From assembly GCA_019894975.1 (NCBI GenBank), contig JAGXNO010000039.1:1-33209 (forward strand): DNA of 33,209 nt. Reading direction: 5' to 3'. Under the pieces are notes generated by a model. The model did no database searches. It worked only from the letters and a program-made list of their open reading frames with translations, and was not told the origin of the DNA. Shown one piece after another: positions 1-8,189 of the stretch. This DNA is from Promethearchaeota archaeon (GTDB lineage: Archaea > Asgardarchaeota > Lokiarchaeia > Sigyniarchaeales > SOKP01). Made by a program: the position numbers and the translations under genes. How positions within the stretch are numbered: the first letter of the stretch is position 1; each line of letters opens with the position of its first letter.

Positions 1-285
1 CTCTATAAGAATTTGGATTTCTTTGTCTAAAGGAGGATTTTTAGATATAATCCAAGCAGATTTATGCAATCTTTCATTGTTCCCTCTTAAGAAATCTAAA
101 ATTATTTCAAACGATTGGATATTGAGTAAAATAAAATCCATCCCATCTACAATTACAGATAACAGTTTTGATTTTTTGGTGTTTTTATTAAAATCTTTGA
201 TAAAACGCTTTGCTACTGATGGTGGAAATGTACCTAATGCTTTAATATAAAACTGATTTTCCCCAATTTTCTCGATTCGATACAT
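1..285 (-). CDS. Hypothetical protein, possibly STAS/SEC14-like alpha/beta domain (5' part; runs off the window edge)
   Basis: Open frame from ATG at 285 (MYRIEKIGENQFYIKALGTFPPSVAKRF...VIVDGMDFILL...KSAWII) with no stop before position 1. SD-like GAGGT at 291-295. Absent from the ORF track because it is truncated. Confidence 0.7.
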   Translation of the reverse strand, partial: MYRIEKIGENQFYIKALGTFPPSVAKRFIKDFNKNTKKSKLLSVIVDGMDFILLNIQSFEIILDFLRGNNERLHKSAWIISKNPPLDKEIQILIE

Positions 286-492
286 GATTAACCTCTTCAT
301 TTCTTTAATTTCAAATTAAATAATTGTTAGTCGTTCATATTAACTTTATCATAAAATGTGTAAACTCAATAAATCACTTAATTACTGCTGAGATTCTTTT
401 AAAAAATAGTGTTGAATTTTAAAATTTGTATCTACTTATTTTTTAAATTATAATAATTGAAAATAGTATCAAAAAATATAAGGGAAAGTCCT

Positions 493-951
493 ATGACGTA
501 TAATTGTGAAAAATTAGAACGGGATGCTCAACTAGTTCTATCCATACGCACGAAAACCTCAGTACAACAACTACCTCAGCTAATAGGAGAAACTTACATG
601 AAAATCATGCAATATTTAGGTGAACAAGGAAAAAATCCATCAAATGCTCCTTTTGTGGGGTATTTTAATTTAGATATGCAAAATCTGGATGTAGAAATCG
701 GTTTTCCTGTCTCTAAAAAACTTCCTGAAAGAGATGACATAAAAGCGAGTGAAATTCCTGCGGGGAATTATACGAGTTGTATTTATACCGGCCCCTATGA
801 TAAAATTCAACCAGCATATAATGCTCTTACTGAATGGTCTGAAAAGAATGGTTACGAGACATCCGGGATTGCTTATGAATTATATATAGATGATCCAGGG
901 GTAAGCCCTCCTGAAGAACTGAAAACTCAGATTCTTTTCTTGCTTAAATAA
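493..951 (+). CDS. GyrI-like small-molecule-binding domain protein (AraC effector-binding family)
   Basis: Motifs LDVEIGFPV, EIPAGNY...YTGPYDKIQPAYNAL, YELYIDDP...PEELKTQI. ATG at 493 preferred to TTG at 457. Confidence 0.85.
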   Translation: MTYNCEKLERDAQLVLSIRTKTSVQQLPQLIGETYMKIMQYLGEQGKNPSNAPFVGYFNLDMQNLDVEIGFPVSKKLPERDDIKASEIPAGNYTSCIYTGPYDKIQPAYNALTEWSEKNGYETSGIAYELYIDDPGVSPPEELKTQILFLLK

Positions 952-1078
952 TAATTTTATAACCTCCTCATTTTTTTCAAAATTATTTGACTAGATCCAT
1001 TAATTAGTAGTTAGTTATTTATATAATATTGAGAAATCAAATTCTTTTAAATGATATAAAATAATTAGGGCTGATATT

Positions 1079-3004
1079 ATGGGAATGGAAAGAATAGAGG
1101 AGCGAGAATTGGAAGAGAAAAGGCTTGAAAGGGAAAGTTTGGAGAAGGAAAGATTAGAAATAGGGCGACTTGAAAAAGAACGACTTGAGAGAGAAAGAAT
1201 TGAGAATAAACTATTTCCCAGCAACGCACTATTTATGATACCTAGTTGGGGTGATTTGTTAGGTTATCCTACTTTAGGAATGTATGTTCATCATGAAGTA
1301 TCAAGGATAGTATCAGATACTGTAATCTTCTTCACGGGTTACGACTATTCCATTGAGATTGAACGAGGAACTCTTCATTACCTTTTTGGTTTAGGGTACT
1401 ATTTCTTAAAATTTGAATTAGAATCTGGTAAATACATTACAGACAACAGGACCTTAACCGGATTAATACTATCTGATTTTTCTTATGATCATATGGCTAC
1501 GTCTGCAAATGTTACTTTAGAAGATGACCAAGATGTTATAATCGCAGAAAAAGTGATTAAAGTTCCCATCGATTTATCTTATAAATCAGAGAACCATAAA
1601 ACTTTCATAAAGGGCGCGTTAATGAGAAATATATTCATACCTCATAAAGATATATTTTTAGAGATGATGGAAACAATCCGTAATCCTGATTCATATCAAA
1701 TAGCTAAAAATGGTCATATGCTATTAAGTACACATTGGGATTTCTATAATCAAATATTAGTTTCTGAGAAAATGAGAGGAAAATCAGATGATTCCTATCT
1801 GAATTCCGCAGCAGGATTAAATGGGATAATCTATGCTGCTGATCAACATTTACAAGGAACAATTTCTCAGGTAAATCTTAGTATAATTGAAGGTAATATT
1901 AATTCATTGAAGAGTATTTATTCTAATCTGGAGTTTGACCCGATGTATCTATTCTCAATATTAGAAAATACATCAACCATAATAAGCTCTGATATTGCCC
2001 AAATATCTCCCAAAAAAAGAGAGTCAACTGCAAAAAAGTCAACTAAACATTCAATTTTTGATTCTGCTGAAGATCGTTTGTATGCATTCGCTAGTTGGCC
2101 AATGCAATTTAAGAGAAAAGCTAAGAAAGAACCTTTAGTTATTCCTAAAATGGTAAAACAGCCCATATATCTCAAAGAGAATGACATAAGAAGTGGCGAA
2201 ATTAAAATTACCGAAACACCTGAATACAAACAAGAAAAATTTGAGTTGGAATCATTAAAATCTGAAGAAGTTGAATTTAAACCACTACCAAATCCGCCCA
2301 TAGCTGATGTTAAACCAATTCTTACGTATTTAAAAAAAGTTATTGTAGAAAATTATGAGATGCGGTCTATTGGGAAAGCTTTTGAAATCGCTAGGGAGAG
2401 TATGAGAGAAATAGGGGTTAGTGCAACCACAATTCATCAGACAAAAATATGGGAAATGAGTAAATTTGCTAATATATACGTGAAAAAAGAATCTAACCTT
2501 GGATTATCTTTAAAGGAAAAACAGGAATTAAGTAAAAAAATTGATTCATGGTATTTTGAAATCGAAGAGGAAGAAAGGAAGGAACGAGAAAGGTTAGAGG
2601 GTATTCGCAAGGAAGAAGAGAGGAGAGAGACGGAAGAAAAGGATAGAAAAGAAAGAGAAAGGCAAGAAAGGGAGAATCAAAAAAGAGATCGTTTAGAAAG
2701 AGAAAGAAAAGAAAAAGAAAGGCTAGAGCAAGAAAGGATAGAAACAGAGCGTTTAGAACAGATTGAAAGGGAAAAACAAGAGGAGATCAGAATAGAAATG
2801 GAACGTATAGAAAGGGAGAAGGCAGAAATAGTAGCTATTGAAAAAGAAAAATTAGAACTTGAACGGTTAAAACAAGAAAGAAAACTTAAAGAAAAAGAAG
2901 CGAAACAAGAAGTAAAAAGACAAAAAAAGCTAGAAAAACAAAAGAAAAAAATAGAAAAAAAGAAGCAAAAAGAACAGGAGAAATTGGAAAATCTCCAATC
3001 TTAA
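1079..3004 (+). CDS. Hypothetical protein with a globular core and E/R/K-rich charged helical ends
   Basis: 641-aa ORF. ERLER-type repeats in the N-terminal ~40 aa and the C-terminal ~145 aa. Confidence 0.8.
   Translation: MGMERIEERELEEKRLERESLEKERLEIGRLEKERLERERIENKLFPSNALFMIPSWGDLLGYPTLGMYVHHEVSRIVSDTVIFFTGYDYSIEIERGTLHYLFGLGYYFLKFELESGKYITDNRTLTGLILSDFSYDHMATSANVTLEDDQDVIIAEKVIKVPIDLSYKSENHKTFIKGALMRNIFIPHKDIFLEMMETIRNPDSYQIAKNGHMLLSTHWDFYNQILVSEKMRGKSDDSYLNSAAGLNGIIYAADQHLQGTISQVNLSIIEGNINSLKSIYSNLEFDPMYLFSILENTSTIISSDIAQISPKKRESTAKKSTKHSIFDSAEDRLYAFASWPMQFKRKAKKEPLVIPKMVKQPIYLKENDIRSGEIKITETPEYKQEKFELESLKSEEVEFKPLPNPPIADVKPILTYLKKVIVENYEMRSIGKAFEIARESMREIGVSATTIHQTKIWEMSKFANIYVKKESNLGLSLKEKQELSKKIDSWYFEIEEEERKERERLEGIRKEEERRETEEKDRKERERQERENQKRDRLERERKEKERLEQERIETERLEQIEREKQEEIRIEMERIEREKAEIVAIEKEKLELERLKQERKLKEKEAKQEVKRQKKLEKQKKKIEKKKQKEQEKLENLQS
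2563..2995 (+). repeat. Low-complexity purine-rich coding repeat (ERLER/EKERLEQ; charged single alpha-helix or coiled coil)
   Basis: Degenerate GAAAGA/GAAAAA repeats encoding almost only E, R, K and Q. Confidence 0.7.
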
Positions 3005-3091
3005 ATTATTTCAACGTCAAATTATTAGATTCTTTATAAAATTAGCTTATAGCTTATTTGAAATAGAATAATTTTTAATGATGAGTATGTA

Positions 3092-3442
3092 TTGAAGGTG
3101 GATCACCTGAAGTTAAAAAAATTAAAATCAGTTGCTTATAATGCTCTAAGAGATTCATTGGTTTGGAAAGGTGAGTATTTGCTTGATCCTTTTGGACATT
3201 ATACCCCTGAAGAAGAAATTATAATAGATTTAGTTACGGGGAGAATTTATCCAGAAAGAGATGGAGATAGTGTCGAGGAATACTATAGTAAGATTCATGA
3301 ATGGTTTCTAGAGGTTTTGCCAAAGGAAAATATTTCTATAGATATAATAGATAGTGCTATTATTAAAATTAGCCCCGCAGGCAAAAAATGTATTATTTTG
3401 GCGCAAGACAGGGAATTTAGAGCAAATTTAAAGTATAAATAA
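3092..3442 (+). CDS. Hypothetical protein
   Basis: 116-aa ORF with typical codon usage, ending just before the tRNA. Confidence 0.6.
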   Translation: MKVDHLKLKKLKSVAYNALRDSLVWKGEYLLDPFGHYTPEEEIIIDLVTGRIYPERDGDSVEEYYSKIHEWFLEVLPKENISIDIIDSAIIKISPAGKKCIILAQDREFRANLKYK

Positions 3443-3443
3443 A

Positions 3444-3576
3444 TGGGGACTGAGGGAATTCCAAGATGTTTGGAAATCAATTATCTATTTGAACCCTCGA
3501 CCGACAGGTGTCCGCAGAACAGCTTTTGCTTGTAGGATCTGGAGCCTGCTGTGCCACCGGGCTACACCAAGTCCCC
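3444..3576 (-). tRNA. trnW: tRNA-Trp(CCA) with two introns (37/38: 3510-3538; 59/60: 3458-3487)
   Basis: Acceptor stem GGGGACU/AGUCCCC plus A73. Anticodon stem GCAGG/CCUGU with loop CU-CCA-G^A. T stem GAGGG/CCCUC with loop UUCAAA^U. Removing 29 + 30 nt leaves a 74-nt cloverleaf. Confidence 0.93.
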
Positions 3577-3691
3577 GTTGGTTATTTAAATTTATAAAGA
3601 TTTTATGAAATTTATATCTTTTTTAAATTAATCATGATATTTGAGGTTAATTGACGAGTAAAATGAAAAATAATTCTAAATAAAAAAAAAG

Positions 3692-4312
3692 TTAAAACTC
3701 TGGAAAGTCTTTCATTCCGTCTTCAAGTTGAATACCAAGAGAATTCAGTGCCATTGCGGTTAAAGTGTATTGCCCAACTGTAAAAACTACATCCATTAGC
3801 TGTTGAGGGCTATAAGTCTTACTAAGCTCTTCCCATGTTGCATTACTGATGATGGAATCAATATATAACTCATCTGCGGCGCGAAGTAACGTTGATTCTA
3901 AAGAATTCCAACCTTCAGCATCTGGACCTTCCTTAATCTGTAATATTTCCTCCTCGCTTAATCCGAATCTTTTTGCGATAAGGCTATGTTGAGCCCATTC
4001 ATATTTGGAATTACAAAGCCATCCTGTACGTAGTATAAGGATCTCTTTTTCTCTAATAGGAAGTGAGGATTTATATAGAACGTGATTCCCAAATACACGC
4101 CATCGATTATATAATTTCGAATAGTTTGCCATTGTGGCCAAAATATTTATCACTCCTTTAGTTTTATTCAATTTTCGCCACCCTTCTATCAGATTTCGAG
4201 CATCATCATCCCATTTTGATTCTTCTAAGGGAGGAATTCTTGGTTTGGAAAGGTAATTAGACTTCCTTTGACCTTTATTTTTATTAAAAATTTTTTTTTC
4301 TTTCTCTGAAAT
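3692..4312 (-). CDS. Carboxymuconolactone decarboxylase (CMD/AhpD-like) family protein; probable AUU start
   Basis: Motifs LPIREKEILILRTGWLCNSKYEWAQH and LLRAADEL. The frame stays open upstream of the track start and includes the family-like PRIPPL..W segment. The only plausible start is ATT at 4312, behind a GGTG SD. Confidence 0.8.
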   Translation of the reverse strand: MSEKEKKIFNKNKGQRKSNYLSKPRIPPLEESKWDDDARNLIEGWRKLNKTKGVINILATMANYSKLYNRWRVFGNHVLYKSSLPIREKEILILRTGWLCNSKYEWAQHSLIAKRFGLSEEEILQIKEGPDAEGWNSLESTLLRAADELYIDSIISNATWEELSKTYSPQQLMDVVFTVGQYTLTAMALNSLGIQLEDGMKDFPEF

Positions 4313-4402
4313 TGTTTATCACACCATTTTCTATGTATAAGGATAAAAAAAATTCAATAATTATAGAATTTATTATTTAACATAAAAATAAACTCTAAAT
4401 GT

Positions 4403-4978
4403 ATGAAAGAATTCAAATTTAGTTTGTCTAACTTAAACCTAATTAGCATCAGTTGTATTCAATTAGCTATAGCGCTTGTAATATCATTAATCTTTCAATT
4501 ATTAATTCCATTTTCTTGGCAACCATTAGATACTTTCCAATATGGTGTCAAACAACACGGGGATCCTGGAACAAATATAATTATTTTTACTATTAGTCAA
4601 TGGTATTTTTCGCTTTCAATCGCCTGGCTTTTTTATCGTGAAAATCCTTATATAAATAATTTCCTAATTTATTCGATTGTTCCTTTAGGTATGATTGTCT
4701 TCTATGAATTTAGTGTTTTATATCTATACTATGATTATATTCATATTACTCCATTGATCGTTGACGCATATTTGATTTGGAAATGTAGGCAAACTCTTCT
4801 GAAAAGATTTACTCCATTTATAATAACCTTGAATAGCATCTGGTTGTTTTCAGTTTACTATTTTAATTTGGCTTATTATTATGAGGAGCTGCTAATTTTT
4901 ATAAGAAATGTTATTATTTACGTTGTGTTGTGGACTACTTTAGCATTTTTATTTAAATCTAAGAAAATATTGGATTAA
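4403..4978 (+). CDS. Multi-pass membrane protein
   Basis: 191 aa with about 5-6 hydrophobic segments. Confidence 0.75.
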   Translation: MKEFKFSLSNLNLISISCIQLAIALVISLIFQLLIPFSWQPLDTFQYGVKQHGDPGTNIIIFTISQWYFSLSIAWLFYRENPYINNFLIYSIVPLGMIVFYEFSVLYLYYDYIHITPLIVDAYLIWKCRQTLLKRFTPFIITLNSIWLFSVYYFNLAYYYEELLIFIRNVIIYVVLWTTLAFLFKSKKILD

Positions 4979-4993
4979 AAAGTGTGATGTCTT

Positions 4994-5488
4994 CTAAATC
5001 TTTTCCCCACATTCTTCACAGAATTTTAGACTCTCTATGTTATTCAACTTAGCGCCACAATTAGCACAAAAGTTTGGGTTTTTAGGTAAGGAAGATCCTT
5101 TTTCCAATATTTCATACTCAAAAGTTTCTTTTTCTTGCACTGTGTGTTTAAGCTCAATATTACAATTGTCGCAAAATTTAGTGTCGGCAGGTATATATCT
5201 TCCACATGAAAGGCACCTAAACCAGAGTTTTTTACCACAGTTTCTGCAGAATTCGCCATATTTACTAACAGGAGCATTACACCGAAGACACGTCTTATCT
5301 TCTAACCAGAAGTAGTGAGACATTAACTTTATTATAATCAATAAGAAAAATGAAATAGGAAGTAAAATCAACCATAATGGATTTAGTAATAAAGAGAACA
5401 AAATTGAAATGACTGTAATTAGAACAAAAATTAAAAGCCCTATTACCAAATTGCTTCTATTCTTTACACTTTTAGGATTGAAGCTCAC
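4994..5488 (-). CDS. Membrane-anchored zinc-ribbon (DZR-like) protein
   Basis: Two N-terminal TM helices followed by six CxxC pairs (CLRC, CRNC, CLSC, CDNC, CANC, CEEC). Confidence 0.85.
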   Translation of the reverse strand: MSFNPKSVKNRSNLVIGLLIFVLITVISILFSLLLNPLWLILLPISFFLLIIIKLMSHYFWLEDKTCLRCNAPVSKYGEFCRNCGKKLWFRCLSCGRYIPADTKFCDNCNIELKHTVQEKETFEYEILEKGSSLPKNPNFCANCGAKLNNIESLKFCEECGEKI

Positions 5489-5565
5489 AAAAATAACTTT
5501 GTTTTATAATTTTATTTATAGGAATTATAATTATACATTAACTTTAAGATATTTGGGTACGATAA

Positions 5566-5715
5566 TTAGCGGATATTAGTTTTGCAATAGGGACAAATTT
5601 CAGTATCCTTTTCAATTTGCTCCCCACACGCAAAACATACTATAGTATTAATCCCGAATAATATTTTTTCTTCATCCTTTTCAATAAGGCTATTCTCAGA
5701 TCCTTTCTCAGACAT
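5566..5715 (-). CDS. Small zinc-ribbon protein (49 aa), missing from the ORF track
   Basis: ATG at 5715 to TAA at 5566: MSEKGSENSLIEKDEEKILFGINTIVCFACGEQIEKDTEICPYCKTNIR, with CxxC-x10-CxxC. Same strand as the adjacent DZR gene. Confidence 0.8.
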   Translation of the reverse strand: MSEKGSENSLIEKDEEKILFGINTIVCFACGEQIEKDTEICPYCKTNIR

Positions 5716-5881
5716 AATTCCACTTCAAAATTAGATTGTATATGTTTAAAAATATCAATAATAAATTTAATAAAAAATTGGAGTCCGATCTTTAATCGTC
5801 GCATTTAACAACAAAATTTAAGAGTTTAGAATTATTTCTTTCTTCATATAATAAATATAAAATTGAGATGATAAAAAATAA

Positions 5882-6119
5882 ATGCCTGGTTCACATGGGT
5901 CTCTAACTAAAGCTGGAAACTAATACAAAATTATTGTATTTAGCTAGAAAAGTTAAAATGCAGACCCCTAAAATTGAAAGGTCAGGAGTAAATTCTAAAA
6001 AGAAGAAACCTCCGAGGATGCGATTTCGAGAGTTATATAAAGCTCGGGTTGTCGGTGGTCGGTTTGGCGGTCAACAGGATAGTTTAGGAGCTAAACGAGC
6101 CCAGTTTTCAAGAAAATAA
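5882..6119 (+). CDS. rps30e: 30S ribosomal protein eS30 (S30e), split: join(5882..5918,5950..6119), 68 aa
   Basis: Exon 1 encodes MPGSHGSLTKAG and exon 2 encodes KVKMQTPKIERSGVNSKKKKPPRMRFRELYKAR. Joined, they give the eS30 signature HGSLxxAGKVxxQTPK...PR..R..Y. The two halves lie in different frames, separated by 31 nt. Confidence 0.92.
5919..5949 (+). other. Putative BHB/BHL-type mRNA intron (31 nt) in rps30e
   Basis: Central helix CUGG(5913-16)/CUAG(5944-47). AAA segments at 5917-19 and 5948-50. Intron hairpin CUAA-UACAA/UUGUA-U-UUAG. Exon-exon helix UAACU/AGUUA. Cutting after the 2nd nt of each AAA restores the frame. Confidence 0.85.
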
Positions 6120-6132
6120 ATAATTTTTCTCA

Positions 6133-8019
6133 TTATTCATTTACTCTTATTTTTTGAAGTTGATTTTTTAGTTTTTGACTTTCTTTCATATAAAATTGTG
6201 ATTTTTGGTTATTTCGTAAAATTAACTTGCAATAATCACTCATTAAAAAATTCCAACGAATAGCTTTTTCTATTCTATTTATTTCTTTAGGAGAAAGCCG
6301 GTTTTCAAGACTATTTAGATAATATATTGCCTTTTTGGAATCTCTTCTATGGTGAATATAGAATTCAGCTAATTCTAGGATATAGTCAATCAAAACATTC
6401 TGATGATCGTTATTCTCGAAATTAATATCAGCATTAGTAAATCCTGCTTTGAGAAATCTCTGAGTTTGTGAGATATTTCCTTGATTTTTAAATCTTATTG
6501 CACGATTTAAAAAGTATTTTAATTTAACTTTAGGAGATTTATTTCCAATTTCGATAACTTTCTTAAAATAATCTTTTGAATCAGGAATCTTATTTTGTTC
6601 TAAATTAATTAATCCTAGATACAAGTATGCCATCCCAATATAATCTGCCTTAATATTAGGAATATTTTCATTTTCCAAGAAATTGATATTTATTTTGAAG
6701 TGATTTAATGCATTTTCAAACTCCTTTTTCTTGAAATAACTAATTCCTAGTTTATGATGAATTTTAATGATATAATCTATTGGCACTTCTCCCGATTTTG
6801 CAACGCCTAAAGCACTTTGTAAGTAATTATGAGCCATTTCTTCATTACCCATTAGATAAGCAATTTTTCTTAATTTCAGCAGTATTGAAACAACCACTTT
6901 CTTTTGTTGATTTTTATTAAAGATTTTCAAAGATTCATTTAATAAGGAAGTCGCTTTATCAAAATTATACTTCTTAATAAGTTCTTCTGCTTCTGTGTAC
7001 AAATTCATAGTTTCAATTACTTCAAAATTTGTTGGAGGTTTGTTAAACAGGACAATATGAAAAGGAAATAACTCCTTTGCTATTGAACCTTCATAACACA
7101 GTGCTGAAAATGGAAAGTTATTTTGTTCTGATACAAATTTACTTCTGTATATTAATTCTTTTGAAGGTCTGAAGTTTAAAAGTTCACTTTGTAAGATTTT
7201 TTCACTTTCGACTAGTTCTATAATAGAATTTAAAATCATTCTGGAAAATTTAATCCAATTATCTACTAATTCCTCCAATTTAAATTCAGGTACCTGATCA
7301 AATAAACTATTTAATATATAGGATGAATAGCTATCAAACGAGCCCCTGATGTAAAATTTTTTGTATTCGATATCTTTAAAATATGAAAAGTAGCCCTTTT
7401 CAAGTATAAAAAATTCATTAAACTCATCCTCATTTGAGAAGAATAAGGTTTCAGATGTTCTGAGTTTAGGAACTCCATCTTTTAGTTCCCAAGGTAATTT
7501 AAAAGTTGGTTCTAATCCGACGTTACGAAGTGAGGATACTATACTATTGTGCTGTTCATTTGTATAATCTTGTAATTGATCTCTTTTATTCAAGAGTGAA
7601 GTTCTGATTCGATTTAGCCATGTATTCTCGTTTTCACCCTTTATTAGTTCTGGCATTATCAAATTTAATAAAGAAATAAGCTTTTGTTCTCTCTGATTAA
7701 TAGGAAAATTATGTTCCAAAGTAAGAGATATTGCCAGGCTTCTAAGAGCTTTTATTAGATAAAGGATGGTAGTAAAGGAATTTTGATTTAAATTCCATAT
7801 TTGAAAAGCTATGGAGACTCGAAAACTTACCACTTCAAATGGGACATTAAGTCTTAATGGGAGAGTTATAGGAAATTTTATTGTAAAAATGATAATCTTC
7901 TCTTTTTTTAGGCTGTATCGGAAATAGTTTTCTACATCTCCATTCAATTTCCATCCGTTCTTTTCAATTACTTCTCGTAGATTTTTAATTTCGTTTGAAG
8001 AAAATGGTTTTAGTGACAT
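6133..8019 (-). CDS. Tetratricopeptide-repeat protein with an uncharacterised N-terminal region
   Basis: C-terminal TPR-like repeats (HHKLGISYFKKKEFENALNHFK; AYLYLGLINLEQNKIPDSKDYFKKVIEI). Confidence 0.75.
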   Translation of the reverse strand: MSLKPFSSNEIKNLREVIEKNGWKLNGDVENYFRYSLKKEKIIIFTIKFPITLPLRLNVPFEVVSFRVSIAFQIWNLNQNSFTTILYLIKALRSLAISLTLEHNFPINQREQKLISLLNLIMPELIKGENENTWLNRIRTSLLNKRDQLQDYTNEQHNSIVSSLRNVGLEPTFKLPWELKDGVPKLRTSETLFFSNEDEFNEFFILEKGYFSYFKDIEYKKFYIRGSFDSYSSYILNSLFDQVPEFKLEELVDNWIKFSRMILNSIIELVESEKILQSELLNFRPSKELIYRSKFVSEQNNFPFSALCYEGSIAKELFPFHIVLFNKPPTNFEVIETMNLYTEAEELIKKYNFDKATSLLNESLKIFNKNQQKKVVVSILLKLRKIAYLMGNEEMAHNYLQSALGVAKSGEVPIDYIIKIHHKLGISYFKKKEFENALNHFKININFLENENIPNIKADYIGMAYLYLGLINLEQNKIPDSKDYFKKVIEIGNKSPKVKLKYFLNRAIRFKNQGNISQTQRFLKAGFTNADINFENNDHQNVLIDYILELAEFYIHHRRDSKKAIYYLNSLENRLSPKEINRIEKAIRWNFLMSDYCKLILRNNQKSQFYMKESQKLKNQLQKIRVNE

Positions 8020-8189
8020 TGTAGTTATTTTAAGTACTCATTATTAGGGAGAAATATTTTATTATTTACTCTTTAAAAAAATAGTAGTGTTCGGAAATTT
8101 TAATTTAAGGGAAATGATCAAATAAATATTTAATAATTTGAATTTACATGTAAAACTTGATCTCTAAAGAAGTATGTGAATAATTATGT

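Noticed and set aside
23-250. Plus-strand 75-aa ORF
   Set aside because: It is the antisense shadow of the minus-strand gene starting at 285.
2563-2995. CRISPR array or mobile-element repeat
   Set aside because: The repeats are degenerate, in frame and coding, with no repeat-spacer periodicity. No transposase, integrase or cas gene is seen in the window.
5934-6119. Track ORF MYLARKVKMQTPK... as the complete gene
   Set aside because: Its TTG start lies inside the putative intron, and it lacks the conserved HGSLTKAG N-terminus, which is encoded upstream in another frame.
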